NCBI GenBank assembly: GCA_036785375.1
Contig: JAWMAR010000471.1
Location: forward strand, 806,001-870,000
Length of the DNA stretch: 64,000 nucleotides
Reading direction: 5' to 3'
Source: Leucoraja ocellata
Taxonomy: Eukaryota
The first letter of the stretch is position 1; each line of letters starts with the position of its first letter. The translations under genes and the position numbers were made by a program. The notes below the pieces were generated by a model. It was not told the DNA's origin and did not search any database. It was given only the letters and a program-made list of their open reading frames with translations. Of the stretch, positions 1-11,368 are shown piece by piece.

Positions 1-743
1 TTCTAATGAGTTAGTGAAAGCTCTCACCCACATTACGTTGATACATCGAGAGTACACAAAATGAAATACAGTTGTGACCCAGAGCAGGAGAAAGCTGCCG
101 GAGATGGCAAAGAGTAATATTATGGACCGTTTACGGCTTTCCGTCTCCGGGTCTCCACGAGTGAGATCGCGGAGCCTCCTGCGGACCCGATTGGCCATTA
201 CAATACATCTCGCCGTGTGCGCATTAAACAACAAGATGAAACAGAATGGAATAACTGGGGTCAACAACGCCTCGGTCCAAGAAAATGCGATCCATGCTGG
301 CAGGACATAGAACTCCGGTGGGATTCCGCAGCCCCACAGTAAACCATTATACACGTAGAGAGGATTGTAAGCGAAAGGCCAGGGAGCGTTCTGTAAGCAG
401 ATGAAGGTACTCAGGGTCACAATAATCACCGCCGCGCTTCTCTCGGTGCAGTATCTGGATCTCAGATTCTGTTTGGAGATGGCCACGAACCTATCAAATG
501 TGAAAGCGACCGTGAACCAAACGGAACAGTCTACGGCCGCGGCGGACAGGAAGAGAATACACTTGCACACAGGAGCAATGAACAGGATTGAGTTCATCCA
601 ATAAAGATCGGCAATTTGATTTAAAATCACTTCGCAGACAATCACGGAGAGGTCCGCCGTCGCCATAGCCACCAGGTAACAGGTGATGCATTTGGAGAGA
701 CCGCACTTTCCTCGGGACAGGATCACAATGGCCAGTAGATTCA
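1..743 (-). CDS. GPR139/GPR142-like class A GPCR copy 1, exon 2 (3' end runs off the window)
   Basis: ~99% identical to 61215-61957. Acceptor cccctAG|TG AAT CTA (V-N-L-L-A); TM3 FTFDRFVAI motif. Confidence 0.9.
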
Positions 744-1453
744 CTAGGGGAGCAAGAAAGAAGCAATGGTGATTATGGGGACAAAACTTCGAGTTGAGTG
801 ATGGATGGTCATATATTGTTATTTTGCTCGCTTTCGTAAATTGTGAAATGGACGGAGATTTCCTTTGGTTTGAATGTGATCCCTGATACTGCGCTCACGA
901 ACAAACATTCCACCTAACAGTGAATTAATCTACTGAGAAACAGTTTGAACGGAAGCGTAGAGTGAACAGTACGACTGAAGTTGGTGTTAATCGGGTGCAC
1001 ATTTCGGATCAGCATTTGCTTATTGGTTTGCAACATTTGCAGGGGGCGGTGTACAGTGGAGAATACCTGCACGCGATGCGGCGATCGTTGAAGAAAGTCC
1101 ACAATGAAAATTAATAGAAGCCATAAAAAGGGAGAACATATGGAAACAAAGATAGAGCGGGAAATACAATCGCCCGAGGTTTAAGCACATACAGCCTTTG
1201 TCGCTCAACCGACTTTGGCTGTTACTTCACTTAACAATATTGCAAGGATCATTCTAAACGCCAAACGGTGAAATGCAATGAAACCATACAATAACTATAT
1301 TATCTTCTGGTTATTTCCCCCAAACCCCATTCCCTGAATGCAGCCGAGTATCCAGTACATGTTGTCACATTATTTTAACTTAATCTTCAACATTACCGCT
1401 TCCCAATCAATTGGCCTCACGGTTATCCCACATACAGCCGTCAAGAGACATAC

Positions 1454-1520
1454 CGGGTACTCCAATTGATGCCAGGATTGGGTAATAATAATATTCAACC
1501 GACATGTGCATCCGACCCAT
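1454..1520 (-). CDS. GPCR copy 1, exon 1 (MGRMHMSVEYYYYPILASIGVP)
   Basis: ATG at 1520; ends G|GTATGT phase-1 donor, which joins exon 2 in frame inside TM1 (IGVP-V-NLL). Confidence 0.9.
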
Positions 1521-2189
1521 TTCTCCTTCAAAGCGACCTCGGAAACTCAGTACACAGCTTACAGATGTCATAGTGGGAGGTTAAACCGCTTGACATTTAT
1601 AACCCAAGAAGAAGATTCACGAGTTATTGTGATAACCTCCCTGTGGACATTCATTACGGATTTTGCTCCCGTGTGATGTTATACGACAACAATCACGAGG
1701 GTGGTCGTTCGCTGCACATGCACCAATTGAGCGCGTACAGAACTAACACACTGTAAAGTAGGATTGCGAAAAATATTTCGCAATTTAAATATGTTCCACG
1801 GAGGTTGCAGCTGCAGAAAGGTCCGACAGAAATATCAGTCAACAACACACGATCCAATGAGGAACTGCAGATGCTGGTTTAAACAGAAGGTAGACACAAA
1901 AAGCCGGACTAACTCAGCGGGACCGACAGCATCTTTGGAGAGAAATAAATGGTTGGCGGTTCGGGTCACGACCTTCTTCACTGTGAAGAAGGGTCTCGAA
2001 CCGAAACGTCACTCCAGCTTTTTCTGTCTATCGTTTGTTTATTCGGAAAACTTGAACTACAGTTCCCAGACACTGACCCAATCCCTTTACATTTACCACT
2101 ATCAATTTCTTCCCAGGTGCTTCCATTGGGCCCTGTTGAAACATACATTAGAAAGGTTCGTGTGTGTGTTCTTCTTTACATTCTTCACG

Positions 2190-2460
2190 GGGAAAGATCA
2201 GGGGGAAACTATGCCCTCTGGTCCTCGATGCACCTACTCTGGAAAGAGACTCGGCATCTTCCCGACCTTATCCTCTATAGTTTGTACATCTCGATAAGAA
2301 CACCCCTCATCCTGCTGCACTTCGTGGATAGAGACCCAGCCTACAGAACATCTCCTCATTACTCATACCCTCTCGTCCTGGAAACATGCTCGTATATTTT
2401 TTCTGAACCTTTTCAAGCTTGACAATATCTTTCCTATAACATGGTGTCCAGAACTTAACA
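2190..2460 (-). mobile_element. Degenerate CR1 LINE ORF2 fragment
   Basis: Translation FWTPCYRKDIVKLEKVQKKYTSMFPG...RLGLY resembles the CR1 RT C-terminal region. Confidence 0.75.
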
Positions 2461-2478
2461 AAAATATTACTGTGCTGT

Positions 2479-2921
2479 AACTGATTGTTGGTCTGCACTG
2501 TGCTTGAACTGAATTATAGGTCTGCACTGTGCTTGAACTGATTTGTTGGTCAGTTCTACTGTACTTGAACAGAATTGTTGGTCTGCACTGTGCTTGAAGT
2601 TAACTATTGGTCTGCACTGTGCTTGAACATAATTGTTGGTCTGCATTGCGCTTGAACTGTATTGTTGATCTGCACTGTGTCGGAACAGAATTGTAGGTCT
2701 GCACTGTGCTTGATCTGAATTGTTGTTCTACACTGTGCTTGAACTGAATGGTTGGTCCACAATGTGCTTGAACACAATTGTTTGTTTGCAATGTGCTTGA
2801 AATTAATTGTTGGTCTGCACTGTGCTTGAAATGAAATATTGGTCTGCACTGTACTTTAACTTGATTGTTGGTCTGCACAGTGCTGGAACTGATTTGTTGG
2901 GCTGCACGGTGCTTGAACTGA
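2479..2921. repeat. ~29-bp minisatellite (consensus ctgcactgtgcttgaactgaattgttggt), ~15 units
   Basis: Directly visible tandem units. Confidence 0.95.
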
Positions 2922-4185
2922 AATGTCTTCACTGACCGGTTGTTGGCTATTCAGAACAAATTGACCTCATGCCGTCGGCCAAGGCCCAGCCACGGTTTGT
3001 CCTAGTGGATTCACTACAGCGTTTTAATTTTGCATAAATATTCGAGCATATGTAGTCTTTTGTATCTCAGCGATTTGCAAGACGTATTGTTTCATGTATT
3101 GTTGGTTTAGTTAACTTTCCCTGTGTGAAATATACTCGTTTTACCGTTTTAATGTTGTAATCACTGCAACAGATGAGAAGCATGATTTGAGTGTGGCCCA
3201 AATCCAGCACGTGCACCCAAGTGGTCAAGCAGAACCTCCGAAATGAAGAAGGACGGATGGAGGAATTTGCATTTAGAGTCGGATTATTCTGGAGATGGTC
3301 AACAGGTCTCGGGGCATTGGCGGAATAAAATGTAATCATTCATCTTTGATCTCCTCTCAGGGATTCGGATTTCGGTAAAAAAAACCGCAGTTTGACCACG
3401 GGGAACAATGGAGGAAGAAACTGACTTTGGTGCCTTCCCACACAGTGGGAAACATTGATTCTGCTGTGTGGGGATGTTTTATGTCAAACCCTATAGTGTG
3501 TTGTGTCCTTTTTTTATTGTATGGCTGTATGGGAATTTCATTTCACTGTGCCATCTGGCACATGTGATGAATAAATCTATCCTGTATCTTGTATCTTGTT
3601 CAGTATCGCATCGATCTACTCTGCTCCATTGAAGCCTCACGACTCTCCACTATTTCATTCTATACTTCAGTGTCTCTTCTACGCTTTCCATTTTACGACA
3701 CGTCTCCTTGTAATGGCGTGAGAGGATCAGGGCGGAATACGTAAAGAGTTCCCTGCGAGTGTGTTAACAATTCTGGCATAACTTCTTTGTACTTCGCTTT
3801 TGTACTGTGGGCCCTTTAGCAGAAGTGATTTCAACAACCATTCGCCACTAGCCGCTTCATGACATACCATAGCGGAAGACAAAATACTTGCTGACGGTAT
3901 AAATTTTATTGGGGGTTCTCATCCTATGTCCGTTTATGTACGTACCCGTGCCTTACGATGCCTGCGTTAGATATGCATGTTCACACACTTCTACCAAACT
4001 CCCATCTAAGTCGTTGCTGTCAGACGTGCTCGTGCCATCCGAGCTACCGACGAAATACCATTCTGCCTTTCTAAAGACCATTTGGGACGACGAGTGAGCT
4101 AACCGTCCGTTGTCAGCTCCCAATCGAATCTCGATTGTAACCATCTAGGCTATTTCAGTCGCATTTTGGAGACTTAATACAAGGC

Positions 4186-4580
4186 ACGCTTGTACTCGCT
4201 AGAATTTAGAAGATTTAGGGGGGATCTTATAGAAACGTACAAAATTCTTAAGGGGTTGGACAGGCCAGATGCAGGAAGATTGTTCCCGATGTTGGGGAAG
4301 TCCAGAACCAGGGGTCACGGTTTACGGATAAGGGGGAAATATTTTAGGACCGAGGTGAGAAAAACATTTTTCACACAGAGAGTGGTGAATCTCTGGAATT
4401 CTCAGCCACAGAAGGTAGTTCATTGGCTATATTTAAGAGGGAGTTAGATGTGGCCCTTGTGGCTAAAGGGATCTGGGGGTATGGGGAGAAGACAGGTACA
4501 GGATACTGAGTTGGATGATCAGCCATGATCATATTGAATGGGCTGAATGGCCTACTCCTGCACCTATTTTCTATGTTTCT
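4186..4580 (+). mobile_element. CR1 LINE 3' end
   Basis: YSLEFRRFRGDLIETYKIL...SRTRGH...FFTQRVVNLWN; tail cctactcctgcacctattttctatgtttct. Confidence 0.9.
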
Positions 4581-5302
4581 GTGTTATTCAACGTGATCAA
4601 AATATCTGGCTACAGTGATTTTATTACCGTCGTTAAATTGTTAGGTTAGAATATGGAATTTCGAATGAAGCACAAATGGATTAGTTAATTATCCAGCATG
4701 ATAATCATGAAATACATGCATACTCTTTAATAAAACGTTACCACAAATACTTAGTACAGTAAAGAACCCACAGCCTCAAACTCTCCTTGGGTAAAACCAT
4801 CGGGCTATGTTTCATTGTCTGCTTTGATCAGTTTGTGTCTCAAGAAAACAGCCACCCCAGTGGATGCAGGAGTACATTCCGTTCACAATAAGTAGTTAAT
4901 AAACGCTGTGTTTGACAGAAAGACCAAGATCATGGTTAACTCAGAAGCATCTACATTCCTTTTGTTTGCATCGGCCTCCTTTCTGCCTCTCTAGCGAGAA
5001 TACTTTAAGAGGTATTTATTCCCCCATTGCACGAACGTTTCCCCTTTGCGAAGCAGTGGGTCTCCTAAATGAACAAGTTTGACGTCAATTTACTTTCAAT
5101 GGAGAAATGTTTTGTTTTCCAGATAGCTCACCGAAAGCATGCAGTCACCACCAGAAATAGACAAGAGTCAAGACACCGTGTGAATTCTTCTCTGACTGCG
5201 TCTCCCACCCGCACGCAAGCTGCGAATTTCGCGGCCGCTGCGCAAGCCGCAATGAACGACATCCATCCACGAGACAGCAGCTGTGCGCTTGAAATTCTCA
5301 CC

Positions 5303-5341
5303 AGTTATTGTACGGGTATGTACACCATTCTCATCACTGTG
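5303..5341 (-). promoter_or_regulatory. 23-bp-spacer recombination signal sequence of the TCR V segment
   Basis: Minus strand reads CACAGTG (5341-5335), 23 nt, ACAATAACT (5311-5303). Confidence 0.93.
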
Positions 5342-5643
5342 TTTCACTGCGCAGTAATAAACTGCCGTATCAGTCAGACGCAGTGCCGAGATTGTCAATC
5401 GATATTTTTTCTCCGACTGCTGGACTGAGTCCGAAAAACGATTTTGAGCGAATTCAGCCTTCAGCTCAGAGCCACCGCTAGTGTATCGCCGGACCGCAAA
5501 CTCGGGGTGCCCGCCAGGATACTGCCGATACCAGTATAAGTAATAATTATCCTTAGTATAGGTACATGTGAAAGTGGCGCTTTGACCCTCCGTATGTGCG
5601 AGCGGACCCTGCTCTTGGTTGACGGAATCTGAATGAACCAGAC
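5342..5643 (-). CDS. T-cell receptor V-alpha/delta gene segment, V exon
   Basis: Acceptor ttccAG|GT. Open frame GLVHSDSVNQEQGPLAHTEGQSATFTCTYTKDNYYLYWYRQYPGGHPEFAVRRYTSGGSELKAEFAQNRFSDSVQQSEKKYRLTISALRLTDTAVYYCAVK with canonical C, WYRQ and D-x-A-x-YYC, followed by a 23-RSS. Confidence 0.93.
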
Positions 5644-5962
5644 CTGGAACACATTAGAGCGAGTGAAGAATTAATGATACAAAGTAAACGCAAACGACTT
5701 TGGGACTCTTCAACTAAATTAGGCAACAATAAGAGCACACTATTCCTGTCGAAGCAAATTGAGTTTGACCGTCTGGAAATCCTACATAAATATTCACTAT
5801 TACCAAAACCAATGCCAATGTTGCATCTCATTGTACGCTTTAATGCCGCTCTCCATTGAAACATGTTTATAGGTTTTGTAATATAGGTTTTGTAACGTAC
5901 TGTGTTGCGTTGCACTTTCATTGGTAAAATCGTTTTTATAAACATATATACACATATAAAAA

Positions 5963-6470
5963 TTACAGCACGGAAAACAGACCATCTCGGCCATAGCCCT
6001 CCATTCCTTTCCCATCCATATACATATCCAATTTATTTTTAAATGATAAAATCGAACCTGCCTGCACCACTTCCACTGGAAGCTCATTCCACACAGCTAC
6101 CACTCTCTGAGTAAATAAGTTCCCTCTCATGTCACCCCTAAACGTATGTCCTTTCATTCTCAAGTCAAGCCCTCTTGTTCGAATCTTCCCTACTCTCAAT
6201 GGGAAAAGTTTATCCACGTCAACGCTGTCTATCCCTCTCATCATTTTAAAGACCTCTATCAGGTCCCCCCTTAACCTTCTGCGCTCCAAAGAATAAAGGC
6301 CTAACTTGTTCAACCTTTCTCCGTAACTTAGTTGCTGAAACCCAGGCAACATTCTATTAACGCTCCTCTGTGCTCTCTCTATTTTGTAGACATCCTTCCT
6401 ATAATTAGGCGACCAAAATTGTACACCATACTCCAGAATTGGCCTCACCAATGCCTTGTATAATTTAATC
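5963..6470 (-). mobile_element. CR1 LINE 3' fragment in the leader-V intron
   Basis: ORF KLYKALVRPILEYGVQFWSP...RRLRGDLIEVFK. Confidence 0.9.
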
Positions 6471-6789
6471 CTCGGTATCATTTGTATACGCATCATTCAT
6501 CTATTATGTGACAATTCTTCAGTGGTACGACCGTGTTATGTGTCCTATGTAGGAAGTGACTACTTGGCCTTTACTTTCCCGATGACATTTATCTCAAAAT
6601 ATGCTTTTCGCCAAACTATTTTACGAAACTATTAGTTCCCATTTCTTAATGGGGTCGCGGACAATACACGATGTCGTATTTCAATAACAAGTGAATGACC
6701 AAACCGGTCGATGTTTAACTCCTTGGATCTTCATGCAGTCAGGCACTTGCTCTGGAAAAGCAACTGTTTAGAGAAATCGCTCTTCTTAC

Positions 6790-6835
6790 CGACAAAGAAT
6801 GTCACCCACGCCACCGCATGTGGCAGGAGATGCAT
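6790..6835 (-). CDS. Leader exon of the TCR V segment (MHLLPHAVAWVTFFV)
   Basis: 46-nt hydrophobic exon ending G|GTAAGA; phase 1 matches the V exon. Confidence 0.8.
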
Positions 6836-6927
6836 GTTTGATGACCCTGGCTGCAAGAAATCTGTCTGTCTGAGATACCCGCAGAGCGTCCGTCTGACAG
6901 CCCTGCGAGCACTGGCTGACACTGGCA

Positions 6928-6940
6928 TGACGTCACTTCC
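6928..6940 (-). promoter_or_regulatory. Overlapping CRE (TGACGTCA) and ETS (GGAAGT) motifs, putative TCR V promoter
   Basis: tgacgtcacttcc ~93 bp upstream of the leader ATG. CRE-like elements are typical of TCR V promoters. Confidence 0.6.
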
Positions 6941-7107
6941 TACAGCAAACAGATCCAAGAGAGCGAGCAATGCGGGTTCGGCGTCACTCTCATAAGTAAC
7001 GAAACGTGTTTAATGTAGACAACTCCTCCTGGATGTGTTGTTATATATGAAAATGAAAGAGAAGATAGCCTGCATGCTAACCTACCGATAAATCAATGGG
7101 AATACTC

Positions 7108-7495
7108 ATAGAAACATAGAACACATAGAAAATAGGTGCAGGAGGAGGCCATTCGGCCATTCGAGTCAGCACCGCCATTCAATGTGATCATGGCTGATCG
7201 ACCCCTATCAATAACCCGGGCCTGCCTTCTCCCCATATCCCTTGACTCCACTAGCCCCTAGAGCTCTACCTCACTCTCGCTTAAATCCATCCAGTGATTA
7301 GGCCTCCACTGCCCTCTGTGGCAGGGAATTCCACAAATTCACAACTCTCTGGGTGAAAACAGTGTTTTTCTCACCTCAGCCTTAAATGTCCTCCCCTTTA
7401 TTCTAAGACGGTGCCCCCTGGTTCTGGACTCGCCCAACATTGGCAACATTTTTCCTGCATCTAACTTGTCCAGTCCCTTTTATAATATTAAATTG
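7108..7495 (-). mobile_element. CR1 LINE 3' end
   Basis: catagaaacataga tail and 3' UTR shared with the other CR1 copies. Confidence 0.85.
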
Positions 7496-7579
7496 TTCTC
7501 CTGGAGTGTCTCCTACGAGTCACTGTTGAATCAGCATTACCACCAGAGTCGAGTTGACCTCTACTAAGATTATTTATGA

Positions 7580-8428
7580 CTTCACTAAGGAAGACATAAA
7601 TAATTTGCCGGAAATAGCAGGGGACCGCGGGTCAAAGGAGTTGGAGGAATTGAGTGAAATCCAGGTTAGCCGGGAAGTGGTGTTGGGTAAATTGAATGGA
7701 TTAAAGGCCGATACATCCCCAGGGCCAGATAGGCTGCATCCCAGAGTACTTAAGGAAGTAGCTCCATAAATGGTGGATGCATTAGTAATAATCTTTCAAA
7801 ACTCTTTAGATTCTGGAGTAGTTCCTGAAGATTGGCGGGTAGCAAACGTAACCCCACTTTTTAAGAAGGGAGGGAGAGAGTAAATGGGGAATTACAGACC
7901 AGTTAGTCTAACATCGGTAGTGGGGAAACTGCTAGAGTCAGTTATTAAAGATGGGATAGCAGCACATTTGGAAAGTGGTGAAATCATTGGACAAAGTCAG
8001 CATGGATTTACGAAAGGTAAATCATGTCTGACGAATCTAATATAATTTTTCGAGGATGTAACTAGTAGCGTGGATAGGGGAGAACCAGTGGACGTGGTGT
8101 ATCTGGACTCCCAGAAGGCTTTCGACAAGGTCCCACATAAGAGATTAGTATACAAACTTAAATCACAAGGCATTGGGGGTTCAGTATTGATGTGGATAGA
8201 GAACTGGCTGGTAAACAGGAAGCAAAGAGTAGGAGTAAACGGGTCCTTTTCACAATGGCAGGCAGTGACTAGTGGGGTACCGCAAGGCTCAGTGCTGGGA
8301 CCCCAGCTATTTACAATATATATTAATGATCTGGATGAGGGAATTAAAGGCAATATCTCCAAGTTTGCGGATGACACTAAGCTGGGGGGCTGTGTTAGCT
8401 GTAAGGAGGATGCTAGGAGACTGCAAGG
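7580..8428 (+). mobile_element. CR1 LINE RT fragment
   Basis: [24 protein letters not shown] and FADD motifs, with in-frame stops. Confidence 0.92.
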
Positions 8429-8629
8429 TTCCTGGGATGTCAGGACTCCATCCTATCACCCCTCGTACAGTCTCTCGCGCCCTTTGTCCAAGATACCTCA
8501 CATGGCTTTCGTCTCTTTCCGAGCCCCCACGTTATGATGGACGTTCAGTCACTCTACACGTCCACTTCCCACCAGAAATGCCTTAAAACCCTCAGTTTCT
8601 CCCTCGACCGCAGAACCATCAGATTTCCC

Positions 8630-8980
8630 TCTAGCCAGATGCAGGAAAAATGTTCCCAATGTTGGGCGAGTCCAGAACCAGGGGCCACAGCCTTAGAATA
8701 AAGGGGATGTCATTTAAGACTGAGATGAGCAAAAACCTTTTCACCTAGAGAGTTGTGAATTGATGGAATTCCCTGCCAAACACGGCAGTGGAGGCCAAAT
8801 CACTTGATGGATTTAAGAGATAGTTAGATAGAGCTCAAGCGGCTAGTGGAGTCAAGGGATATGGGGAGAAGGCAAGCACGGGTTATTGATACGGGATGAT
8901 CAGCCAAGATCACAATGAATGGCGGTGCTGGCTCCAAGGGCCGAATGGCCTCTCCCTGCACCTACTTTCTATGTTTCTAT
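8630..8980 (+). mobile_element. CR1 LINE 3' end nested in the Penelope-like element
   Basis: CR1 3' UTR and ttctatgtttctatg tail. Confidence 0.85.
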
Positions 8981-9889
8981 GTTACAAACACCCCTCTGGG
9001 TAGTGGAGCCGGTCCTCACCTTCATCAACTTCTCCTTTGAATACTCTCACATCCTCCAAGTCCGAAGTGTCGCTATGCGCACTTACGTGGGTCCCAGCCG
9101 CGCCTGCCTCTGTGTACGTTGGCCAATCCCTGGTCCAGGCGCATCCTGGCCTTATCCCCTAACTCTTTCTCCGTTACACAGATGGCCGCATCGGTGCTAC
9201 CTCTGACACCCATGCAGAGCTCATGGACTTCATTAACTTCACCACCAACTTTCATGCTGCACTCAAATCTACTTGGACTATCTCCGCCACCTCCCTCTCC
9301 TTTCTTGATCTCACATGCGCCATCACAGGAAATAGACTATTGACTGACGTCTATTACCATCGTGAGGAAGGAGGGGGAAGAACAATGGAGCATCCGGCGA
9401 GAGGGGGGGGGGAGGGCGGGCGCTGAGAGGAGGGGGGGGGGGGGTTATTGGAAGACCAAGAGTGGGGCGGGGGGTGGGGGGGGAGGCGCCGTGCGGGAAG
9501 TGGGGGAAGAACAATGGACAATAGGGGGAGTGGGGACAAATATGGCGTGGGGGGTCTGCTGAAGAGGGGGGGGGGGGGGAACAGAGAACCGACATGCTTT
9601 GTAACTTAATAACTCCACCCCTACTCCTAATCCATCCGTCTACGCCGCATCTGTGCCCAAGATGAAGTGTTCCATACCAGGACGTCCGAGATATCCTCAT
9701 TCTTCTCGTGTATGGGGCCATCATTCGTGCCTCCTCGTTACCCCACAGCTCCGGCCTTGCTCTCCTTAGGCTATTCGCAGTAGAGACCGCCTCGTCCTTA
9801 TCTTCCACCTCACCAGCCGTGGCATATCGAAATTTCATCCGAAATTTCGCCACCTCCAACGGGTTCCTACCACTAGCCACATTTTCCTT

Positions 9890-10635
9890 CATAGAAACAT
9901 AGAAATATGGTAAATAGGTGCAAGAGTAGGCCATTCGGCCCTTCGAGCCTGCACCGCCATTTAATATGATCATGGCTGATCATCCAACTCAGTATCCTGT
10001 ACCTGCCTTCTCTCCATACCCCCTCATGCCTTTAGCCACAAGGGCCACATCTAACTCCCTCTTAAATGTAGCCATTGAACTGGCCTCAACTATATTCCGT
10101 GGCAGAGAATTCCAGAGATTCACCACTCCCAGTGTAAAAAAATGTTTTTCTCATCTCAGTCCTAAAAAACTTCCCCTTTATCCTTAAACTGTGACCATTT
10201 TTTCTTTACTTCCCCAACATCGGGAACAATCGTCCTGCATCTAGCCTGTCCGACCTATTAAGAATTTTGTAAGTTTCTATAAGATCCCCCCTCAATCTTC
10301 TAAATTCTAGCGAGTACAAGCCGAGTCTATCCAGTCTTTCTTCATATGAAAGTCCTGACATCCTGGAAATCAGTCTGGTGAACATTCTCTGTACTCGCTC
10401 TATGGCAAGAATGTCCTACCTCAGATTAGGAGACTAAAACTGTACGCAATACTCCACGAGTGGTCTCACCAAGACCCTGTACGTTTACAGTAGAACCTCC
10501 CTGCTCCTATACTCAAATTATTTTGCTATGAATGCTAACATGTCATTCGCTTTCTTCTCTGCATGCCTACTTTCAATGACTGGTGTACCATGACATCCAG
10601 GTCTCGTTGCAACTCCTCTTTTCCTAATCGGCCAC
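9890..10635 (-). mobile_element. CR1 LINE 3' end nested in the Penelope-like element
   Basis: catagaaacatagaaa tail and RT C-terminal homology. Confidence 0.88.
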
Positions 10636-11340
10636 CTTCACTATACCTTTCCGCGCTCCTCCGAGACGGTACCCTCCATAACTCCCTGGTTAACGCATCC
10701 CTTCCCACCCAACCCCACCTCCCACCTCAGGTAACGTCCCCTCCAAGCGCAGAAGATGCAACAACTGTCGCTGTACCTCCTTCCTCGACTCTGTCCAAGG
10801 ACCGCGAAAGTCCCTTCAGGTTAGGCAGAGATTCACTTGCAGCCCTTGCAACCTAATTTACGGTATACGTTGTTTTAAGATTAGGACTCTTATACATCGG
10901 CGAGACCAAACGCACTGTGGACGTTTGTTTTGCGGAACACATTCGCTTAGCCTGCCTGAACGTAAACATTCTCCCCGTTGCGGGACACTTTAATTCTCCT
11001 TCCCATTCCTAAACAGACCTTTCTCTCCTCGGCCTCCTCCATTGTCATAGTGAGGCTACACGCAAATTGGAGGGAAAGCATAGTCATAGTTCGCTTGGGC
11101 AGCTCACAGCCCCGTGATATGACTATTGATTTCTCTCCCGTCAGGTAGCCCCGGCATTCCCTCTCTCTCCATCACCCCCACCCCCACCCAAGCCGCATTT
11201 GCTTTTCATTTTCTCGCTACAAACATCGAACAATGGCCTGTTTCCTATGTAATTGTAACTTTTTTGCATATATTTAATTCATTGTTTTTATCTCTCCACA
11301 TCACCGTCTATATCTCTCGTTCCCCTTATCCCTAACCAGT

Positions 11341-11368
11341 CTGAAGAAGGGTTTCGACCCGAAACGTC
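11341..11368 (+). ncRNA. Minimal type I hammerhead-ribozyme-like motif (Penelope-associated)
   Basis: CUGAAGA-A-GGGU-UUCG-ACCC-GAAAC-GUC: catalytic core boxes plus stem II. Stems I and III are very short. Confidence 0.55.

Larger units (their letters stand above)
1..2790 (+). repeat. Segmental duplication copy A (matches 61215-64000)
   Basis: Base-by-base match at offset 61,214 with ~1% substitutions, covering GPCR exons, intron, upstream region and minisatellite. Confidence 0.95.

Noticed and set aside
2479-2932. CRISPR-like array, or the ORFs at 2600-2932
   Set aside because: Units are contiguous degenerate repeats with no unique spacers, in a eukaryotic context. The ORFs are translations of the minisatellite.
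3440-3480. CACAGTG as an orphan RSS (also at ~38969)
   Set aside because: Both lie in the same dispersed repeat ending tatcttgtatcttg, with no nonamer or coding segment.
3953-4144. ORF with KAEWYF as a V pseudogene
   Set aside because: No paired cysteines, YYC motif or RSS.
5770-5830. Hydrophobic stretch as the V leader
   Set aside because: No in-frame ATG with a good donor. The exon at 6790-6835 has an ATG, a GTAAGA donor and promoter motifs.
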